Shown here piece by piece: positions 58,280-64,000 of a stretch of 64,000 nt of DNA; the first letter of the stretch is position 1, and each line of letters opens with the position of its first letter. This DNA comes from Vicugna vicugna (taxonomy: Eukaryota). Location of the stretch: the NCBI GenBank assembly GCA_013265495.1, contig MU058418.1:2506917-2570916 (forward strand). The letters run 5' to 3'. A program made the position numbers and the translations under genes. A model generated the notes under the pieces. It was not told the DNA's origin. It did no database searches and saw only the letters and a program-made list of their open reading frames with translations.

Positions 58280-58419
58280 AAAATCAAGTACTTCGTAATA
58301 ACTTTTCCTTACAATAAAGCAAAATATGTTATTACAAATAGCATTATACAATACTAATACACTGTCTCTGAATATATGGTTATTTACAAACCCAGATAAT
58401 AAAGTAGCTCCATATCATA
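58280..58419 (+). repeat. Copy 2 of the dispersed direct repeat of about 138 bp
   Basis: Shares CTTACAATAAAGCAAA, TATGTTATTACAAATAG and ATAATAAAGTAGCTCCATATCATA with copy 1. Confidence 0.9.
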
Positions 58420-59915
58420 CCTTACAAATGATCAATAAATATTCAATGTATTACAAATTCAAATGTACTACATTACACTACAAAAACCAAAGTATTACAG
58501 ATTCAAAATGTATTCTGAATTGTCTCATCTGCAAATTTTTTAATGAAAAAGGCCTTAATGTTTTCTGAAGATTTTATTTTTCACAAACTTAATTCAATAT
58601 TCTACTTGTTTATCACCAAGTCACATAACTTTTTCACCATTATACCAATATTTATATATAAGTATTAACTATAAAACCTATTAAATCTACAATTATTAAA
58701 AATTCAGTGGATGAGAAACATTCTTCAATTTAGAGCCATGTCTCCAAAGCAAAATTCAGTGTGAATCAGCCGTTCTAACACACTACAGAAAGTCCTAATG
58801 ACATTTTTTCATTGTATTTTACACTAAAATATTTTCATCATCATTCATCAGCTAAAATATTTAAATTTTCTCTAAAAGCATCATGAAGACATCTTTAGTG
58901 ACTTTAGGTACACTACTTAGTGGCATAAATTTCCATTTACATATAAGGAAACCAAGGCACAAAGGTGTCCATTTTGTAAATTGCAAGGTCATTTCCTAAC
59001 AAGCAACTGATCCTACACCATCAAGTTATATGTGCACAACTTCCAAGTGCCATAAAACAATTACTGTACCTTAAAACAACTGCCTCTGCAATGCCTATGT
59101 GTAATTTCATTTTACCAAGAGGGTTATGGCAACAATCTTAAACAAGAAAAGCTAAAAAGGAGGATTACAAAAAGAAAAATAAAACACTTATTTTTGGTAC
59201 TGAATCACTTATGTTTAAATAATGAGATGTAAACACTTTTTAATATAATAATCAACAAATAGTTGTTTCTTCCGTTTTCAAAAAATACTTCATCTTTCAG
59301 GTAGATCATGCAAAATCCATAGCTACCCATCCTTGCAGACATAAGTTAGAAAAATGAGGAAAAAAGTCTATATCAAGTAATTAAATACATGATATTGCAA
59401 AGAAAAGAATAAAAAATAAAAATTTAGAGAAATTTAGGGAATGTAGTTATGGCAGCTAAAAACCCATCTTAAATATTAAATGCTTCCTTTCATTCAACCG
59501 AAGGCTAGGATTAGCAATCAAATATTTCGTTACTGAAAAATAAAGAAATTCAAAACTTTCCTTATTCAAAACTTGAGAAATTTTATATCAAGGACTTTAT
59601 TCAATATTCGACATTTAAAAATATACTTTTCCCAACAGAAACTTAGAGTATAAGAGAAAAACTGTTCCTGAGAGTTCAAAGACTAGGACTGCATCTGTAA
59701 TTACGATACAGTATTATCAACAATTAGAAAAATGAAAGTTACCTCCCATTAAAATTAAGAACATTAGATCGGCTGAACAACCAATAAATCAACTGCGGGA
59801 CACAAATAAGATTTAGCCATTAAGTGAATCTGACACCAATGAAAAAATTAAAGTATAATCCCAGGCACACTTTACATAGAAAAGGATAGGATTAGACCCA
59901 GTTGTATTGAAGTAT

Positions 59916-60057
59916 CTAGTCTAGCTGGGAATTAATTACTCGGCTATAGGACAGGTTGTGAACCTTCAAGTCAGATGTGCTTTCTTTTCACCATTATTCT
60001 AGTTTATCATCCCCAAGTGCAACAGAAGGCGTCAGAGTACCGAAGCTAGGGGGCATG
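59916..60057 (-). other. WASF1: WASF1 non-coding 5'UTR exon-like segment with a strong acceptor and a non-canonical expected donor
   Basis: Acceptor TTTTTCTTTTCCCCTTGCTACAG| ends at 60058. The body resembles my recollection of the human WASF1 5'UTR. The boundary after ...AGCTAGACTAG reads ATACTT. Confidence 0.55.
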
Positions 60058-60773
60058 CTGTAGCAAGGGGAAAAGAAAAATGGGAAAGGTGCAATGGATG
60101 CTGCAGAGTTGAATAATTATCCGGGTGGTACAATGGGCGAGTCCTGCCGACATCGGAGCTGGGTGAGCAGTTCCTTAACTCTGCCCGAACCACCCTCACC
60201 CCGGCATAGCAAGCATGGGAGGCAACCGCCCCGCTTCGCCTCCTCTTTCAGCGAAGAAAGGGATTCCCGCACTCGCTTTACCGTTATGTTGTGTCTTCGG
60301 ACACAGACGCGCGGCGCACACACGCAAACGCACCAGCTGGCATTACACAGACTCGGGCACGTAGCGAAAGCCGGGCTTCTCCGGCACCGACTCGGTGCCG
60401 CAGCCTCCCTCAAAGCGAGGAGGCACCGGCGCGCGCCGCGGGGGCGGAGGCGCTCAGGGGGTGGCACCTCAGGTGAGACCCGCAGTCTCCCCGCCTAGAA
60501 CAGCCTCGGGGCGGTCCCCGTAACCAAAACCCAGGCACACCCGCCGGCCACCAAGTCCCTCGGTACCAAGCCCGGCTGGCGGGTGGGCGGCCGGAGCTCT
60601 GGAAAACCGCGAATGGGGGTGGGGGCCGTCGCGGGGGAGGCGCGCCCATCCCCGTAACCTTTGCCGGGGTAGCAGTCCACGCACTCCTCTGTCGGTTCTG
60701 GCCAGTGAGGAAGAGTTCCTCTCCCAGCACCCTGTCCCCCCCGTAAAAAAATTCCTGAGAGACTCGCGCTCAC

Positions 60774-61010
60774 CGGGAAATCCTGAGAGGCTCTTGCCTT
60801 ACCCCTTCTTCATGCTTCGGCGGCGGCCGCCGGTCCCCCTCGGCTCCAGGGACTCCACCTAAAACCCCCAGAAGAGGCAGGCTCCGGGGTGGAACCCGTT
60901 CTGGGCAGCGGCCGAAGCACCAGGCCACGGGGAACGCCGCCTGCGACGCCCGCCGGTCGCCGGACCCACCGTGTGCTCGACGCGCGAGCGAACAACACCG
61001 CGAGCCGCCG
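60774..61010 (-). other. WASF1: Probable WASF1 non-coding exon 1 (5' end approximate)
   Basis: Lies in the CpG island. Donor CCG|GTGAGC at 60774/60773, with an alternative donor GGG|GTAAGG at 60803/60802. The TSS cannot be determined from sequence. Confidence 0.55.
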
Positions 61011-61439
61011 CTGCGCCCCAACCGCCCCCTCCCCGCGCGCGACGCTCCACAACCGGACGAGGGGACCCGCGCCTGAAGCAGGGGGGACCGCTGGACTCGC
61101 GCCACCTAATCCCCCATCTTTCCCACCAGGAGCTATTCCTCTCCAGTCAAGGTCTTCCCACTTAAGATTCTCACTTTCCTCTTCAGCTGCCAGTGCCCAG
61201 GTGCAGCTGTGGTGGGAAACTCAGCCTCCACCCACTCATCCATCAGTGGGGATGATTATAACTCTTCCCCCCTTCCCTGAGGCTTTATGGTATTGCCCAA
61301 TCCTCAGTTTGGGGGAGGGGGACAGAGAGCATAGTGCTCGGCCAGGGAATGAGGGAAGATGATAGCCAATTGAATGAACCAACCATTCAGGGGCGGGGTC
61401 AAAGAGGGGCCTGTCTGCCCGCCCCGCCCCCTCGTCCCA

Positions 61440-61460
61440 GACTACAGTTCCCATGGTGCC
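61440..61460 (+). promoter_or_regulatory. ZNF143/STAF (SBS) - THAP11-type motif GACTACAGTTCCCATGGTGCC
   Basis: Close match to the ACTACAnnTCCCA motif typical of bidirectional promoters. Confidence 0.75.
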
Positions 61461-61790
61461 TTTCTCACTTCCTGCCGCGCTGCACGCTGGGAGTGTAGCA
61501 CCTCGAAGCTTCGAGGTATTTCGGGACTAGTAGTCTTTAATCTGGCCACGTAGGTCCTGAAAGTTATAAGCTATTATAATTTCTCTGTTTCCCTAGGTAA
61601 ATGTTTTCAAATTCCCGGTTCTATTGCACGTATATAATACTAATTAATTAGTTACATTTATTGTTTAAAAATATCATAAATGATTTCTAACGAAAGGAAA
61701 CCAGTAATACGTGTCATCGCAATCTGTCAGGACCTGAAGCTGCTCCTTCTTCCGCCAGGGCCTGGTCTCCGCAGAATATCTATTGCCGTC

Positions 61791-61979
61791 ATGTCGGCTG
61801 CAATTGCAGCTCTGGCTGCTTCCTATGGTTCAGGTTCAGGGTCCGAATCGGACTCGGACAGTGAGGGCGGACGATGTTCGCTGCCAGCCGCGGACTCCCT
61901 CATGCACTTGACCAAATCGCCTTCAGCAAAGCCCTCTCTAGCAGTGGCGGTGGACTCCGCTCCGGAGGTGGCAGTTAAG
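61791..61979 (+). CDS. CDC40: CDC40 (pre-mRNA-processing factor 17) coding exon 1, 189 nt / 63 aa: MSAAIAALAASYGSGSGSESDSDSEGGRCSLPAADSLMHLTKSPSAKPSLAVAVDSAPEVAVK
   Basis: Recognised PRP17 N-terminus. Start context GCCGTCATG, donor AAG|GTAGGC in phase 0. Known head-to-head arrangement with WASF1. Confidence 0.96.
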
Positions 61980-62344
61980 GTAGGCGTTTTGGCCACTGAT
62001 GCGGGGCGGGAATTGTAGGTTTCTGCTCCAAAATCCAACAGTCACTTATTAGGCCCGGGGTTACCTTTTCCTCAATACTAAGAGGTAAGTGCTAACGCTT
62101 GGATCTCTTTTCCCTACGTTTATCTTCTTCGAGGGAAGCCGGGAATTGGAAGTTCTGGACAGTCCCAACACTCCTTCCTCTCTCCTCCCACCATCAGAAA
62201 GCAAGTGGGAAGAGGGGGTGAAATTTCGAATTTATGGATTAGAATGTGGCCTGGATAAAGTAGGTGTAACCTCAGAACATAAACAAAGCTAAATCAGGAC
62301 TTCCCAAACTAGTGTATGTGCCCTCACATAAAGTGAGCAGTGAC

Positions 62345-62560
62345 CTGGCTTTGTGGTTTTGATTCTGATCCCGGCACCACCAGTGTGAACTTGGGCAAGT
62401 TATACAACCTCGTTTGTTTCCTCACCTGTACGATGGAGATGTAATTTTAAAAGCACTTATCTGTGAGAGAATTATCGTGACGATTAAGTGAAATGATACA
62501 AATAAAGCTTATAGCACAGAGCCTGGTAGCTAATTAAGTTGCAATGAATCTTAGCTCTTG
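62345..62560 (+). mobile_element. MIR in CDC40 intron 1
   Basis: MIR core TGTGAACTTGGGCAAGTTA...TTTCCTCACCTGTA. Confidence 0.7.
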
Positions 62561-63709
62561 CGATTATATATGTCAAGACGGTGAGAAAAGGCCTTGGATT
62601 TAAGAAACAATGTGCATGGTCCCAACTGACGAAGGTGATAGAGGAGAAATTGGGTTACATAGTTGCTTTAATAAATATTTATTGTACACATGTTATTTGC
62701 CAGGAACTGTTCTAAGGGCTGAAGACACAGACCAACAAGCCAGACATCTCTTCCATCATGATGCATACATTCTAGTGGAAGAGGCAGCCAATAAAATGTG
62801 ACCAAACAGACTGGTTACAGATGGAATTGAGTACTGTGAAGGAAAAAAATAGTTTTGTGAAATAGAGGTAGAGAATAAGGTAGGAGTATAACTTTTATAG
62901 ATTGGTCAGTGAAGTCCTCTTGGGAAAGTGGCTTGAAGAACAAGAAAAAGTTCGCCAAGTGCAAGATAAGGCAAGAGTTTCCCAGCAAAGGAGACAGCAA
63001 ACCTTGGGACGGCAAAGAGCACAGTGTTTGAAGAAGTGAGGAGATAAAGGTCTGCGTTTCTAGAGCTGGAGGAAGGCGTCCACCAGTTGGTAGTACAGGC
63101 CCAGTAGAGCCTAATGGGGGTGATCAGGAACTCAACGAGATGAGGGAGGCAGTGTACAGAAATTCTTTGTATTAAAGATGTTCCCTGGTCTACTGTTGTA
63201 ACTCAAAGTCTTTTACAAGTTTTTAGTGAGCTATTTATGGATTTTACTTTTTACTAACTGGACATCAGGTATGAAAGAATGCTTAGAATTCTTATTTTTA
63301 TAACAAAACAAACTCCCCAAACTTAAACCCCTCTAGCAACCTCCTGAGTCTTCATTCTTTTCACAGCTCAGCTTTTTGGAGCTCTCTCACTTCATCTCAT
63401 TTTCTCCAATTCAGTGCAGACTAGTCCTAGCCTCTTGGCAGACTTACTCTCCCTGAGTATTGTCACTGGCTTTCCAGTTGTCAAGTTCTGTTGTGTGTGT
63501 TGAATATCTGCATCAAGTGACACTATTAAATAGTTCTTTGAAACTTTCTCTCCCTTTGTCTTCCATGTGGCCATCCTCATTCTTCTGATCCTCTGTTCTT
63601 CTGCCCTCCCGTTCAATATTGGTGTTTCCTGAGACTATCCTTAGTCCCCTTTGCGGCCTCATAATCTCCAGGCCTTCAACCTGCAGTGGTTCTGATGACT
63701 CACAGGTGA

Positions 63710-63915
63710 GCACAGTGAAGTGGTTTGTATAGGCTCTGGAATCAAGACTGGCAGGATTCAAATCCTGCCTACAGCACTTACCCAAATGGTGACCTTGGAT
63801 AGATTACTTAAGCGCTCTGTGTCTAAGTTTTTTCTCATCTGTAAAGTAGGAATAATACTAATACCTATCTCATGGAGTTAAAGACTTATCATAAAGCATG
63901 TGCCAGACACACTGT
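63710..63915 (+). mobile_element. MIR in CDC40 intron 1
   Basis: GGCTCTGGAATCA...TTCAAATCCTG...GTGACCTTGG...CTCATCTGTAAA. Confidence 0.75.
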
Positions 63916-64000
63916 TCTTACCAGTTATAAGCTCCTTGCTAGCCTCAGAACCATTAACCTTCTCTCCCAGGATACCTCTCAGGTGCCTCCAATCCAACAT

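Larger units (their letters stand above)
60100..62060. promoter_or_regulatory. CpG island / bidirectional promoter shared by WASF1 (-) and CDC40 (+), interrupted by an AT-rich stretch at about 61560-61700
   Basis: Abrupt GC and CpG enrichment against an AT-rich background, between divergent gene starts. CCAAT at 61366-61370, GC boxes at 61390-61398 and 61417-61430. Confidence 0.9.

Noticed and set aside
60384..60399. Minus strand reads GGCACCGAGTCGGTGC, identical to the last stem-loop of the SpCas9 tracrRNA/sgRNA scaffold
   Set aside because: It is part of a GC-rich near-palindrome (60382-60400) in a CpG island and carries little independent information. No other scaffold sequence, repeats or cas genes are present, so it is a coincidence.
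60094..61454. Many overlapping 60-157 aa ORFs on both strands
   Set aside because: Expected from stop-codon scarcity in a CpG island. The translations are Arg/Pro/Gly/Ala-rich with no recognisable domain.

Overview
Mammalian genomic DNA, most likely from a camelid (inferred from the tRNA-derived SINE and the L1 3' ends). It spans the 5' part of WASF1 (WAVE1) on the minus strand and the first coding exon of CDC40 (PRP17) on the plus strand. The three WASF1 coding exons are 11804-11936, 5127-5261 and 879-1032. WASF1 and CDC40 lie head-to-head across a CpG-island bidirectional promoter at about 60.1-62.0 kb. The roughly 48 kb between the WASF1 promoter and its start codon is packed with nested L1, L2, MIR, LTR, SINE and DNA-transposon relics. 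I see no support for a new multi-gene system. The most unusual items are: (1) a roughly 150-bp 5'-only fragment of transgelin (TAGLN) in the WASF1 intron, with no poly(A) tail or target-site duplication (TSD); (2) an L1 insertion with a roughly 240-bp 3' transduction; (3) an 83-bp TTAA-flanked piggyBac-like MITE; (4) a WASF1 5'UTR exon-like segment whose expected donor reads AT instead of GT; (5) a dispersed duplication of about 138 bp. Repeat family names come from pattern recognition, not from a database search.
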